The translations under genes were made by a program, and so were the position numbers. DNA of 64,000 bases from a virus (lineage: Duplodnaviria; Caudoviricetes). The number at the start of each line of letters is the position of its first letter. The stretch's first letter is position 1. A model generated the notes under the pieces. That model had not been told where the DNA came from. It saw only the letters and a program-made list of their open reading frames with translations, and did not search any database. The stretch spans positions 10,705 through 74,704 of the IMG/VR virus record IMGVR_UViG_2974644955_000001; one strand, given 5' to 3'. Below are positions 15,613 through 25,808 of the stretch, in pieces.

Positions 15613-17943
15613 ATGAGCGAAACACATTTTCCTCAACCTATCAGCGAGCAGATCTGGAATCAAAAGTATCGGTTCAAAACCGACCGCTCTGATTTTGAAT
15701 CTGATCTAAGTGTGGTTGATACGTGGGGCAGGATTGCATCTGCATGTTCCAACCTGCCACATCTCCACAACAATCATGCAGAGCGAGAGGCTCTCGAACA
15801 ACGCTTCTTTCAAGCCCTGTATGATTTCAAACTCTTGCCAGCAGGCAGGATCAACTCCGGTGCAGGAACAGGCCGGAACGTAACCCTCTTCAACTGCTAT
15901 GTCATGGGAACCATTCCAGACAGCCTTGATGGTATCTTCGATATGCTCAAGGAAGCTGCACTCACAATGCAGCAAGGTGGTGGTATCGGTTACGACTTCT
16001 CTACCCTTCGTCCGAAGGGAGCACCTGTGAAGGGCGTGGAGAGCTTCTCCAGCGGTCCTCTCACATTTATGGATGTCTGGGACTCGATGTGCAAAACCAT
16101 CATGTCAGCAGGCTCCAGACGCGGTGCTATGATGGCCACCATGCGGTGTGATCATCCGGACATCATGGAGTTCGTCCATGCCAAGCAGGATCCCCTGCGT
16201 CTGCGTAACTTCAACGTGTCGGTGCTCTGTACCGATGAGTTTATGGAAGCAGTGGCTAACGATGAAGAGTGGGATCTGGTGTTCAATGGTGTCGTATATG
16301 AAACCATTCGAGCAGTAGAGTTGTGGAACACAATTCTCCAGAACACCTACGACTATGCTGAACCGGGAGTGATCTTCATCGACCGGATCAACAAGGAGAA
16401 CAACCTCTGGTTCCTTGAGACAATCGCAGCAACAAACCCATGTGGTGAGCAACCCTTGCCACCTTACGGTGCGTGTCTGCTTGGCTCAGTCAATCTGGCT
16501 AAACACGTCTTCGCTCCATTCACGGAGCAAGCTGATGTCGATATGGCAGAACTGGAAAAGTCTGTACGTACAGGCGTTCGACTGTTGGACAGTGTGGTTG
16601 ACACAAGCAAGTTCCCTCTCCCTGAACAAGAGGCGGAAGCCAAAGAGAAACGTCGGGCTGGTCTCGGTGTGACTGGATTGGCAGACTTGCTTTTCATGAC
16701 TGGTTATCGCTACGGCAGCGTACAAGCTGTTGATTGTACTGAAACTATCATGATGAACATCGCTATCTGGGCTTATGAAGAGTCCATTGAGATGGCGAAG
16801 GAGATGGGTCCAGCACCTTGTCTTCAAACTACCGAAGCTCGGATGAAGTTCATTCAATCAGGCTTCATGCAGAGGATGCCAGAATACATTCGTGATGACA
16901 TCATCCAATGGGGTATCCGAAACACTCACCTGCTGTCAGTCGCTCCTACTGGGACAATCTCGATGTATGCAGGTAATGTCTCATCGGGTGGAGAGCCTAT
17001 CTTTGCTCCATCCTTCCAGCGTAAGGTGACAAACGACGACGGAACCAAGCGTACTGAGACAGTCTATGACTATGCGATTCTCTTGTTTGAGAAACACTTC
17101 GGTGAAGATACCGGGGCAGCACAGGAATGGATGGACAACTACTTGGCGACGGCTCAAGACCTAGAGCCACAAGATCACATCGTCATGCAAGCAGTGCTCC
17201 AGAAATGGGTGGATTCGTCCATCTCCAAGACGGTGAACTTGCCTGAAAACATCAGCTTTGAAGACTTCAAGGCTGTGTACGACATGGCTTATGAGACAGG
17301 GTGTAAAGGTTGCACCACGTATCGGCCAAATGATGTGACAGGATCCGTCCTGTCCGTTGAAACCAAAGAAGAAAAACCAGAACCTGAGATCGTCAATGAA
17401 GAATACGACGGTGACATGCGAGTGGTTGCTCGGCCTCATGAGGTCGTAGGCAGCACCTACAAATGTCGCTGGGGAGGTGACAGCTACTACGTCACTTTCA
17501 ACAACGTCATTGATCCTGATCATGACTGGTTCATGCCATTCGAGATCTTCATCAACTCGAAGAATGTGGAACACCACCAGTGGACCGCAGCTTTGACACG
17601 GATGGTCTCGGCAGTCTTCCAGCGAGGAGGCGACGTTCGCTTCGTTGCAGAAGAACTGAAACAAATCCACGACCCCAAAGGTGGTCAGTGGGTGGACGGT
17701 AAATACTGTCCTTCTTTGGTTGCTCTGATTGGCCAAAAGCTGTCTGAGCATCTCGACAACATCGGGTATCAATCGACCCCGGAAAGTATGCCTCAACCGA
17801 TTCAGGACGAGGAAGTGACCCAACCAGAGCAGTCGCCCGATCAGCCAGTCCCTGATCAATGCCCAAGCTGCAAGGGTTACAATCTGATCATGCAATCTGG
17901 ATGCCCGACTTGTCAGGACTGTGGCTACAGCAAATGTGGCTAA
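15613..17943 (+). CDS. nrdJ: Class II (adenosylcobalamin-dependent) ribonucleotide reductase
   Basis: TLFNCYV, GGGIGYDFS, TNPCGEQPLPPYGACLLGS, APTGTIS; C-terminal TSCPD-like domain and Zn ribbon (CPSC...CPTCQDCGYSKC); no class I small subunit nearby. Confidence 0.93.
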   Translation: MSETHFPQPISEQIWNQKYRFKTDRSDFESDLSVVDTWGRIASACSNLPHLHNNHAEREALEQRFFQALYDFKLLPAGRINSGAGTGRNVTLFNCYVMGTIPDSLDGIFDMLKEAALTMQQGGGIGYDFSTLRPKGAPVKGVESFSSGPLTFMDVWDSMCKTIMSAGSRRGAMMATMRCDHPDIMEFVHAKQDPLRLRNFNVSVLCTDEFMEAVANDEEWDLVFNGVVYETIRAVELWNTILQNTYDYAEPGVIFIDRINKENNLWFLETIAATNPCGEQPLPPYGACLLGSVNLAKHVFAPFTEQADVDMAELEKSVRTGVRLLDSVVDTSKFPLPEQEAEAKEKRRAGLGVTGLADLLFMTGYRYGSVQAVDCTETIMMNIAIWAYEESIEMAKEMGPAPCLQTTEARMKFIQSGFMQRMPEYIRDDIIQWGIRNTHLLSVAPTGTISMYAGNVSSGGEPIFAPSFQRKVTNDDGTKRTETVYDYAILLFEKHFGEDTGAAQEWMDNYLATAQDLEPQDHIVMQAVLQKWVDSSISKTVNLPENISFEDFKAVYDMAYETGCKGCTTYRPNDVTGSVLSVETKEEKPEPEIVNEEYDGDMRVVARPHEVVGSTYKCRWGGDSYYVTFNNVIDPDHDWFMPFEIFINSKNVEHHQWTAALTRMVSAVFQRGGDVRFVAEELKQIHDPKGGQWVDGKYCPSLVALIGQKLSEHLDNIGYQSTPESMPQPIQDEEVTQPEQSPDQPVPDQCPSCKGYNLIMQSGCPTCQDCGYSKCG

Positions 17944-17949
17944 CGAAAC

Positions 17950-18024
17950 GGGACGTAGTTCGTGCCAAAAGGTGAAGCAGTGGAAAGACTGTGACACCTC
18001 ACGAGCTTACTAGCTAGGCGTCCT
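17950..18024 (+). ncRNA. Candidate structured RNA (rod with internal loops) after nrdJ
   Basis: Four nested helices GGGACG/CGTCCT, AGTTCGTG/CACGAGCT, AGGTG/CACCT, GCAGT/ACTGT with GGAAAG loop. Confidence 0.45.
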
Positions 18025-18028
18025 ATCG

Positions 18029-18086
18029 CCCCTCACCCATGCTCTTCCATACCTGGTTCACCAGGGAGCTAGGTGAGGGGTTTTTT
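18029..18086 (+). terminator. Extended terminator hairpin
   Basis: CCCCTCACC/GGTGAGGGG outer stem, inner GCTC/GAGC and CCTGG-TTCA-CCAGG, followed by TTTTTT. Confidence 0.75.
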
Positions 18087-18103
18087 ATTCAACGGAGATC
18101 AAA

Positions 18104-18460
18104 ATGATTGGTACACATAACAGAATGTTGGAAGCGATAGACAAGAACATTCCCATTCATTTCCTCTTCAAATGCTATGACCAGACAGCTTACTACTGGG
18201 ACAAAGCAGTGCATCTCTATGGAATCAAACCACGGAGAATGCCATCTCATGTACGGACACAAGGGATTCTTCCCAACAATGCGTTGGTTCGGTTTCTCCC
18301 TTTGAACCACAGCACATATGAGTCGTTACTTGGTTTTTCTGGTTGTGTTCTTATGCACCCTGACGTGACAGAGAACCTTCTAAACCCCCAGTACGACTAC
18401 AAAAATGTCCAAGGACAGATAATAGATCTTAACACAAGGAATCGACCATGGCGGGACTGA
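18104..18460 (+). CDS. Hypothetical protein (118 aa)
   Basis: RBS GGAGA; precedes the helicase. Confidence 0.75.
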   Translation: MIGTHNRMLEAIDKNIPIHFLFKCYDQTAYYWDKAVHLYGIKPRRMPSHVRTQGILPNNALVRFLPLNHSTYESLLGFSGCVLMHPDVTENLLNPQYDYKNVQGQIIDLNTRNRPWRD

Positions 18461-19722
18461 ACCAAGACCAAAGAGATGCGTTCCAGGATGTCCTCGCATT
18501 CATCAACGACCCGAACCGCAAGTTCCATAGGGTCTCCGGTGGTGCAGGCACCGGGAAGAGCTATTTCATTTCGAAGATCGAGCAGGATATTCTGAAGCAC
18601 AAGCGTGCAGATTCTCCTCTCACATACGTGGCAGTGACAGCCACGACCAACAAAGCAGCAGCAGTTCTCAAGAACTCCATGCAGTACAAGCGTGCAGAGA
18701 TCCAAACGATCTACAGCTTCATGAACCTTCGTGTTCACAATGACTTCACGTCTGGTGAGCAGCGAGTGGTTCCAACTGCCAAGTGGGAAGTTCATACGAA
18801 CACGCTGATCATCGTGGATGAAGCATCCATGGTGAACAAAAATCTGTATGATTTCATCGACAAAGGTACGAGCAATACCTGCAAGATCCTTTTCGTCGGT
18901 GACAAGAATCAGCTTGCACCAGTCAAGGAGAACATCTCCCCGGTGTATGCGAAGAGCAAGAGTGAGAGCTTCCTGCTTTCACCTGTTCGTCAGCAGAACC
19001 AACAAGCTCTGATGGACTTGGCAGACATGGCCAAAGACACAGTGCTGACAGGTGTGTTCCACCCCATCACAGAAGTTCCTGGAGTGATTGATTTCGTATC
19101 TGGGAACCAGATGAAAGGCATCATGGAGCGTGAGTATATCAAGGAAGACGCCAATCGACGGATCCTCTGCTATACAAATGATCGGGTGAGAAATTACAAC
19201 CTGTACGTCCGGGAGCTTCGTGGCTATACCCGGAATTACGAAGTCGGAGAGATGCTGACCAACAACTCGGCAGCAGAACTCGTGGATAAGACACGGCTCT
19301 ATACCGACCAAGTTGTGGAAGTCCTGGAACGGGGTGAACCATATGAACAAGAACCAGTCCCAGGTGGGATCTGTGACTTCGTTGATTTGGTGGTTCGTGA
19401 TCCAGAAACGTTGCAAATTTACAACGTGACTGTGACCGAAGACCCTAACGACCGGGAAGAGGTTCTCAAATACTGGAAGTCCAGGAAGAAGTGGGATCGG
19501 TTCTTTAAGTTCCGTGACAACCATCCTGATCTTCGCAGTGTGGCAGCCAGCACAACCCATAAAGCACAGGGTTCTACGTATGATGAAGTCATCGTGGACC
19601 TTGCTGACATCGGGAAGTGTACCCAGCCTGAGATGGCAGCACGTTTGTTGTACGTGGCCCTGACACGTCCAAAGAATCGTCTCTACATCCGAGGTGAATT
19701 GCCAGAGAGGTTTTTCAAATGA
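18448..19722 (+). CDS. SF1 (Dda/RecD-like) DNA helicase
   Basis: Walker A GGAGTGKS, DEASM, GDKNQLAPV, THKAQGSTY, LYVALTRPK. Confidence 0.93.
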   Translation: MAGLNQDQRDAFQDVLAFINDPNRKFHRVSGGAGTGKSYFISKIEQDILKHKRADSPLTYVAVTATTNKAAAVLKNSMQYKRAEIQTIYSFMNLRVHNDFTSGEQRVVPTAKWEVHTNTLIIVDEASMVNKNLYDFIDKGTSNTCKILFVGDKNQLAPVKENISPVYAKSKSESFLLSPVRQQNQQALMDLADMAKDTVLTGVFHPITEVPGVIDFVSGNQMKGIMEREYIKEDANRRILCYTNDRVRNYNLYVRELRGYTRNYEVGEMLTNNSAAELVDKTRLYTDQVVEVLERGEPYEQEPVPGGICDFVDLVVRDPETLQIYNVTVTEDPNDREEVLKYWKSRKKWDRFFKFRDNHPDLRSVAASTTHKAQGSTYDEVIVDLADIGKCTQPEMAARLLYVALTRPKNRLYIRGELPERFFK

Positions 19723-19979
19723 AAAAGCGAATCATGAATGAGTACCGTATTGACACTCACTTCAATGGTGTGATCAAAGCGTACTTCTTGACCCTGAAAT
19801 ATCAGGGCTGGTGGAGAGGATATGAGGTTGTCCACGAAGAGTTGATCTACGAAGGACACCTTGAGAAAGAAGCTCACACAGCCATTGATAAACGAATCAC
19901 CAAAGAAAAAGGTGAAGAGGTCAAATGGTCTCGCTGGAAAGATGACCGGGGAGAAGCTCCAACTCCGGAGTGGCTATAA
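19719..19979 (+). CDS. Hypothetical protein (86 aa)
   Basis: ATGA-coupled between the helicase and polymerase. Confidence 0.7.
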   Translation: MKKRIMNEYRIDTHFNGVIKAYFLTLKYQGWWRGYEVVHEELIYEGHLEKEAHTAIDKRITKEKGEEVKWSRWKDDRGEAPTPEWL

Positions 19980-19994
19980 CGAAGGATCACGCAC

Positions 19995-22619
19995 ATGAGA
20001 TACGAGATAATCGGAAAAGGTTCTCCTGCAAAAATCGCTATCCTGGTTCCACGAATCCAGATCGCAGATATCCAGAAGCACTACATGCCGACTCTCTCTA
20101 AACTCAACGAAGAGATCATGGTATGTGACATCTATCTGAATCGTAAGAAGAAGAAGACATCCAACACCGAGATCAAAGAGTACCTTGAAGATCTTCTACC
20201 TAATCTCACAAATGCAGGGATCGAGACTTTGATCGTCTGCCAGCCAGATTACTTCAAGGTACTGAGCAAGCAGGGAAAAACAGATGCGAACATCGGAGAC
20301 ATCTTCACCGGGGTTGACGGATTCAAAGTCACCTACTGCCCCCACTATTCCCGAATCTTCTACGACCCAGACAAGACCCGAGCCAAAGTCGAACAGGCAC
20401 TCACTGCCGTCATCGACGGAGCCAAAGGCACCTACACGAAGCTCGGTTCAGACATTATTCAACACGCAGTATATCCCTCCAATGTGAGGAACAAACTTGA
20501 TTGGCTCAACAAGCTGATCGAGATGGACTGCGATTTGACCTGTGATATCGAGGGCTTCTCACTGAAGCACTTCGATGCTGGGGTTGGTACGATCACCTTC
20601 TGCTGGAACCAACACGAAGGCATTGCCTTTGAGGTGGATAATACCAGAACCAAAGAAGAGGATCCTGTCATACGGCAAGCCCTCAAGACGTTCTTCTACC
20701 GATTCAGAGAGTCGGGTCGGAAGATGATTTACCACAACATCTGCTATGACGCCTACGTGCTCATTTATCAGTTGTTCATGGATCATATTCTCGATCAGGA
20801 AGGACTGCTTGAGGGCTTGGATGTGATGCTCGAAAACTTCGAGGACACACAGATCATCACCTATCTTGCCACGAACTCGTGTGCTGGTAATGAGCTTGGT
20901 TTGAAGGCACAAGCCCAGGAATTCGCTGGGAATTATGCCGTCGAAGAGATCAAAGACATCACACAGATCGACCTGGATAAGCTCCTTGAGTACAACCTCG
21001 TTGATGGACTGAGCACATGGTACGTGTACAACAAGCACTACCAGACAATGATCACCGATCTTCAATTGGGGACATACGAGAACTTCAAAGAATGGGTGGT
21101 GGATATCATCCAGATGCAGCTTACTGGCTTGCCAGTGAACATGGACAAGGTAGTGGCATTGGATAAGCTCCTCACTGCTGAGTCCGAACACAATATCTGG
21201 AAGATGATGCAGACGAAAATCGTCCAAGGCTTCCAGTATCAATTGGAGGAAGAAGCCCTTGCGAAAAAGAATGCAAAGCTCAAGACGAAAACTGTTACAA
21301 GGAAAGATCTCGGCCTCACGAAAGATCTCGAAGTTGCGTACAACCCCGGATCTGCTCCGCAGTTACAGAGACTACTGTATTCTAAGGAGTTTCTGGGACT
21401 CCCCGTACTTGATCTCACGGATTCGGGGCTGCCATCAACAGGGGCCGATACGCTAGAGAAACTTCTGAACCAAAATATTTCTGAGGAAACCAAGGACTTC
21501 CTGAAGATACTGCTGGAATACAAGGCAAGTGCCATTATCTTGAGCACCTTCCTTCCAGCATTCCTCAAGGCTCATCCTGGTCCTGATGGTTGGCACTATC
21601 TGTTCGGTAACTTCCGACTGGGTGGAACACTGTCAGGCAGACTGTCTTCGAACAATCCGAATCTTCAGAACATCCCATCCTCCGCTGGAGGACCGTTGAA
21701 GTCGAGGCTTGCAAAGCTCATCAAAGAATGCTTTGAAGCTCCTCCCGGCTGGCTCTTTGTAGGTCTCGACTTCGACTCATTGGAAGATCGCATCTCTGCT
21801 CTCCAGACAAAAGACCCTGAGAAACTGAAGGTCTATACCGACGGTTACGATGGTCACTCACTCCGTGCATACGGATACTTTGGAGATCAAATGCCAGACA
21901 TCGACCCTTCTTCTGTGGAATCAATCAATTCGATTGGCAAGAAGTACAAGCCACTGAGACAGGAGAGTAAGGCTCCAACCTTTGCTCTCACTTATCAGGG
22001 GACGTATCACACGTTGATGCAGAACTGTGGCTTCTCGAAAGAGAAAGCTCAGATGATCGAGAATAAATATCGTCAGATGTACTCGGTCTCCATCGACTAT
22101 GTGAATGAAAAGCTGGAGCAAGCCACGCACGACGGTTACATCACCGTAGCGTTCGGTCTGAGGGTGAGAACCCCTCTTCTGGTGCAGACTATCCTGGGAA
22201 CCAACAAGACACCCAAGGAAGCTGCTGCGGAAGGCAGGACGGCTGGTAACGCAATGGGCCAGTCCTACTGTATGCTGAACTCTAGGGCAGCTTCAGCTTT
22301 CATGAAGAAGGTCAGACGGTCATCGCATCGTCTCGATATCAAACCCTGTGCTCACATCCATGATGCTCAGTATTACTTGGTTCGAGATGGAGCATTCGAC
22401 AGCCTTGTGTATATAAATACACACCTCCCCAAAGAGGTAGCATGGCAGGATGATCCTGAGATCTCTCACGATGAGGTCAAACTGTCTGGTTCATGTGAGA
22501 TCTTCTATCCCAACTGGAACCATGGATTCGATATCCCCAATGGGGCTGACGTTCCGACAATCAAAAACCAGATCAAAAAGCATCTTGCTGATCTAAAAGA
22601 ACAAGGAATTGCAGCATGA
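19995..22619 (+). CDS. Family A DNA polymerase (N4-type)
   Basis: Exo I CDIEG, Exo II YHNICYD, Exo III YNLVD; motif A DFDSLEDR, motif B RQESKAPTFALTYQG, motif C HIHDAQY. Confidence 0.95.
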   Translation: MRYEIIGKGSPAKIAILVPRIQIADIQKHYMPTLSKLNEEIMVCDIYLNRKKKKTSNTEIKEYLEDLLPNLTNAGIETLIVCQPDYFKVLSKQGKTDANIGDIFTGVDGFKVTYCPHYSRIFYDPDKTRAKVEQALTAVIDGAKGTYTKLGSDIIQHAVYPSNVRNKLDWLNKLIEMDCDLTCDIEGFSLKHFDAGVGTITFCWNQHEGIAFEVDNTRTKEEDPVIRQALKTFFYRFRESGRKMIYHNICYDAYVLIYQLFMDHILDQEGLLEGLDVMLENFEDTQIITYLATNSCAGNELGLKAQAQEFAGNYAVEEIKDITQIDLDKLLEYNLVDGLSTWYVYNKHYQTMITDLQLGTYENFKEWVVDIIQMQLTGLPVNMDKVVALDKLLTAESEHNIWKMMQTKIVQGFQYQLEEEALAKKNAKLKTKTVTRKDLGLTKDLEVAYNPGSAPQLQRLLYSKEFLGLPVLDLTDSGLPSTGADTLEKLLNQNISEETKDFLKILLEYKASAIILSTFLPAFLKAHPGPDGWHYLFGNFRLGGTLSGRLSSNNPNLQNIPSSAGGPLKSRLAKLIKECFEAPPGWLFVGLDFDSLEDRISALQTKDPEKLKVYTDGYDGHSLRAYGYFGDQMPDIDPSSVESINSIGKKYKPLRQESKAPTFALTYQGTYHTLMQNCGFSKEKAQMIENKYRQMYSVSIDYVNEKLEQATHDGYITVAFGLRVRTPLLVQTILGTNKTPKEAAAEGRTAGNAMGQSYCMLNSRAASAFMKKVRRSSHRLDIKPCAHIHDAQYYLVRDGAFDSLVYINTHLPKEVAWQDDPEISHDEVKLSGSCEIFYPNWNHGFDIPNGADVPTIKNQIKKHLADLKEQGIAA

Positions 22620-23611
22620 AGAAAGTAACCAACAACCACATGGTTGACCTCCCCATCGCTGTATGGCTGCTTCAAAACGGCTACTACAGCGGTGCAGATG
22701 TTGCTCCAGAGGGTGAACTGATCTCAGTCACCACATTGATGAAGCCTACTCGTAGGCTCATCCTGGAGCGTCAGGTAGATCAGTCCCAGGAAGTCCTGGA
22801 CATTGCTGATCTCGTAGCTTCCCGCTTCGGACATGGGATCCACGATTCCATCGAGCGGGCATGGACTGAAGGCGACTGGGCGGGGGCGATGCGGCGTCTC
22901 CATTATCCTCAGTCAGTGGTGGATCGAGTAAAGATCAACCCAGATCCTTCAGCGGTCAGTGAGGATGATATTCCCATCTTCTTGGAGCAGCGCCGATTCA
23001 AGGAAATCGGGGGTGTTGTCCTCACTGGCCAACTGGACTTCAGCATCAATGGTGCATACCGAGATGTGAAGACAACCTCGACCTTTGCTTACACAAGCAA
23101 CAAGAAGGATGATGACTACATCCTTCAGGGTTCTCTGTATCGTTACATCATGCCTGAAATGATTTGGCAGGATAAGATGCGGATCGAGTTCATCTTCACA
23201 GATTGGCAGAAGTTCCGTGCCAAAGCTGACCCCAACTATCCCCAAGCGAAAGTGGCTCACAAAGAGTATCCTCTGATGTCTCATGAAGACACTGAAGCAT
23301 GGATTCTGAAGAAGATCGAGCACATCAAACAGAACGCCAAGCATGTGAAAAACCAGGATAAACTGGTTCGGTGTACTGATGAGGAACTCTGGAAACAGGC
23401 TGATACCTACAAGTATTATGCCAATCCTGAAACTGCGAAAGCAGGGGGTCGTGCTCAAAAGAGTTTTGAAAAACTCGCAGATGCAGAACAGCATAAGGCA
23501 GCCAAAGGCAAAGGTGTAATCGTCACTGTCAGAGGTGAGGTGAAAGCCTGTGAGTATTGCCCTGCTTTCTCGGTCTGTGAACAACGTAAGGAGTATTTCC
23601 CAGATGCCTAA
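22616..23611 (+). CDS. PD-(D/E)xK exonuclease (N4 gp41-like)
   Basis: GHGIHDSIE, LTGQLDF, YRDVKTT, QGSLYRY; C-terminal CEYCPAFSVC Cys cluster. Confidence 0.8.
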   Translation: MKKVTNNHMVDLPIAVWLLQNGYYSGADVAPEGELISVTTLMKPTRRLILERQVDQSQEVLDIADLVASRFGHGIHDSIERAWTEGDWAGAMRRLHYPQSVVDRVKINPDPSAVSEDDIPIFLEQRRFKEIGGVVLTGQLDFSINGAYRDVKTTSTFAYTSNKKDDDYILQGSLYRYIMPEMIWQDKMRIEFIFTDWQKFRAKADPNYPQAKVAHKEYPLMSHEDTEAWILKKIEHIKQNAKHVKNQDKLVRCTDEELWKQADTYKYYANPETAKAGGRAQKSFEKLADAEQHKAAKGKGVIVTVRGEVKACEYCPAFSVCEQRKEYFPDA

Positions 23612-25799
23612 CTTCTATGATCGAACCATCATAGAGAACACACCGCACCATCCTGCAATGCAAGAACTGACTGACCTTCTGTGCCACCGTACAGGACAGG
23701 TCAATCGTGACTTCTTTCAGGCTGAGACGGCGTATTTTCTCGGACTGATACCCTCAGTGATGAGGTGTAAGATTGATTCCCCAGAGCGGGGGATCCTTCC
23801 AGTGAACATCTATTCCATTGGTCTTGCGACCAGTGGTTTCGGTAAGGGTCACTCAGTGAACCTGCTGGAAGAAGTCACATCCGAGTTTCGAGATCATTAC
23901 ATGAAATCCACATTCGGACAGGTTGCAGAAAACAATCTGTTCAACCTTGCAGTGGACATTGCTGCTGCAAAAGGTGGGGATGAAACCAAAGAACTCGAAG
24001 CATTGGAGACTGACTTCAAACGACAGGGCCATGCACCATTTCTCTTTGACTCTGGTACTGGTCCTGCTGTCAAACAGCTTCGCTATAAGCTGCTGCTTGC
24101 AGGCATTGGATCCATCAACTTCCAAATGGATGAGATGGGTTCAAATCTATTGGGCAACAATGAGGTGCTCAACACACTTCTGGAGCTTTATGACCTTGGC
24201 AAGATCAAGGCCAAGCTGGTGAAGAATACCCCGGACAACGAACGGGGAATCGACATTGCTGGTTCAACACCATCCAATGTTCTGATGTTCGGAACCAGTT
24301 CAAAGCTCTTTGACGGAGCCAAGATTGAGGAAGAGTTCTACTCCTTCCTGGCAACGGGCTATGCTCGACGCTGCTTCTTTGGCATTGGGAAAAGCGAAAC
24401 CAAATTCGCTGCTGTAAATCCTGAAGATGTCTACAACGGGTTGATTTCAAAACAACAAAACCAATCGTTGACTCGTTGGAGAACCTACCTCGCAAGGTTT
24501 GCAGACCCCCGTCACTACAATCTCACACTGAAAGTCCCGAAGGACGTAGGTGTGGAACTCATTAGCTATCGTCTCCAGTGTGAAGCGGAAGCCAATGAGA
24601 TGCCAGAGCATGAGGAGATTCGAAAGGCTGAATTGGCTCACAGGTACTTCAAATCCCTGAAGCTGGCTGGGGTGTATGCTTTCTTGGACGAGTCCAAGGA
24701 CATTGAGACCCGGCATCTTCGTCAGGCTATTAAGGTAGCCGAGGAATCAGGTGCGTCTTTTCAGAAACTTCTGAAGCGCGAACGTAACTTCGTTCGATTG
24801 GCGAAATACATTGCCACAAGCCCGGACAACCTCACTCATGCTGATCTGGTCGAAGACCTTCCATACTATCCGACGAGCACCACTGCTCGGAAGGAGATGA
24901 TGGATCTGGCCATGGCATGGGGCGTGAGCAATCACGTAGTGATCACCAAGAACGTAGTTCAGCAGGTGGAATTCTTCAGTGGTTCAACACTCGAAGAGAC
25001 AGACCTGAACAAACTGAGCTTCTCCTTGAGTGATCACTTTGCCTATGACTATGAGCCTCAACAAAGGTCACTCGAAGACCTGGAGAAGCTCTTCAAAGCT
25101 CCAGGCTACCACTGGTGTAACCATCACTTTGAAGGCGAGCATCGTTCTGAAGACAAGGTAATCCCTGGCTTCAACATGATCGTCATCGACATTGATGGCC
25201 ATGAGCGTGACAAGGATGGCAACGTCATCCAGAAGGGTCCAAAGATCGAGCATGTGCATGATCTGCTTCAGGACTACACCTTCGCCACGTACACCACCAA
25301 GAGCCACACAGAGGATGAACATCGGTTCCGACTGGTCATCCCGACCAACTACGTGTTGCACTTGGACAAGGACGACTACAAGGAGTTCATGGACTCTTTT
25401 GCTATGTGGCTTCCATTCCACTCTGACACTGCTGCAAACCAGCGGAGCCGGAAGTGGAGGACGAACGACCTGGCAACTGTTCACATTAACCGTGGACCGC
25501 AAGTCCTTGATGTGCTTCCATTTATCCCGAAGACGAAAGCGAACAACGAGTATGTTCAAAATGTCGTCGATCTCGGAAATTTGGATAACCTGGATCGTTG
25601 GTTCTTGAACCACATGCACGTCGGTGGTAGGAATAACACCCTGCTCAATTACGCTATGATGCTGAAAGACGCAGGGGCTGATTATGACTCCATCGAGAAG
25701 AAAGTCATCAAGCTAAATCAGGACTCAAGCTCACCACTGAAGAAGGATGAAGTCTATTCGACTGTCCTGAAATCAGTGGCTGCCAAGATGTCCAAGTAA
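23604..25799 (+). CDS. N4-type DNA primase (Dns-like, with helicase-like N-terminal region)
   Basis: ATSGFGKGHS P-loop, FQMDEMG, DIDG, HRFRLVIP, GGRNNTL (PriCT-like); synteny with the N4 replication module; start ATG 23604. Confidence 0.82.
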   Translation: MPNFYDRTIIENTPHHPAMQELTDLLCHRTGQVNRDFFQAETAYFLGLIPSVMRCKIDSPERGILPVNIYSIGLATSGFGKGHSVNLLEEVTSEFRDHYMKSTFGQVAENNLFNLAVDIAAAKGGDETKELEALETDFKRQGHAPFLFDSGTGPAVKQLRYKLLLAGIGSINFQMDEMGSNLLGNNEVLNTLLELYDLGKIKAKLVKNTPDNERGIDIAGSTPSNVLMFGTSSKLFDGAKIEEEFYSFLATGYARRCFFGIGKSETKFAAVNPEDVYNGLISKQQNQSLTRWRTYLARFADPRHYNLTLKVPKDVGVELISYRLQCEAEANEMPEHEEIRKAELAHRYFKSLKLAGVYAFLDESKDIETRHLRQAIKVAEESGASFQKLLKRERNFVRLAKYIATSPDNLTHADLVEDLPYYPTSTTARKEMMDLAMAWGVSNHVVITKNVVQQVEFFSGSTLEETDLNKLSFSLSDHFAYDYEPQQRSLEDLEKLFKAPGYHWCNHHFEGEHRSEDKVIPGFNMIVIDIDGHERDKDGNVIQKGPKIEHVHDLLQDYTFATYTTKSHTEDEHRFRLVIPTNYVLHLDKDDYKEFMDSFAMWLPFHSDTAANQRSRKWRTNDLATVHINRGPQVLDVLPFIPKTKANNEYVQNVVDLGNLDNLDRWFLNHMHVGGRNNTLLNYAMMLKDAGADYDSIEKKVIKLNQDSSSPLKKDEVYSTVLKSVAAKMSK

Positions 25800-25808
25800 G
25801 GAGAACCA

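Noticed and set aside
17944-18090. Cobalamin riboswitch or SRP RNA next to nrdJ
   Set aside because: It lies downstream of nrdJ and lacks the B12-box and the SRP CAGG/AGCA loop; kept only as an unassigned structured candidate
19995-22619. Intein or intron in DNA polymerase, NrdJ, helicase or terminase
   Set aside because: Catalytic motifs are normally spaced, with no C/S...HN splice junctions or LAGLIDADG blocks seen
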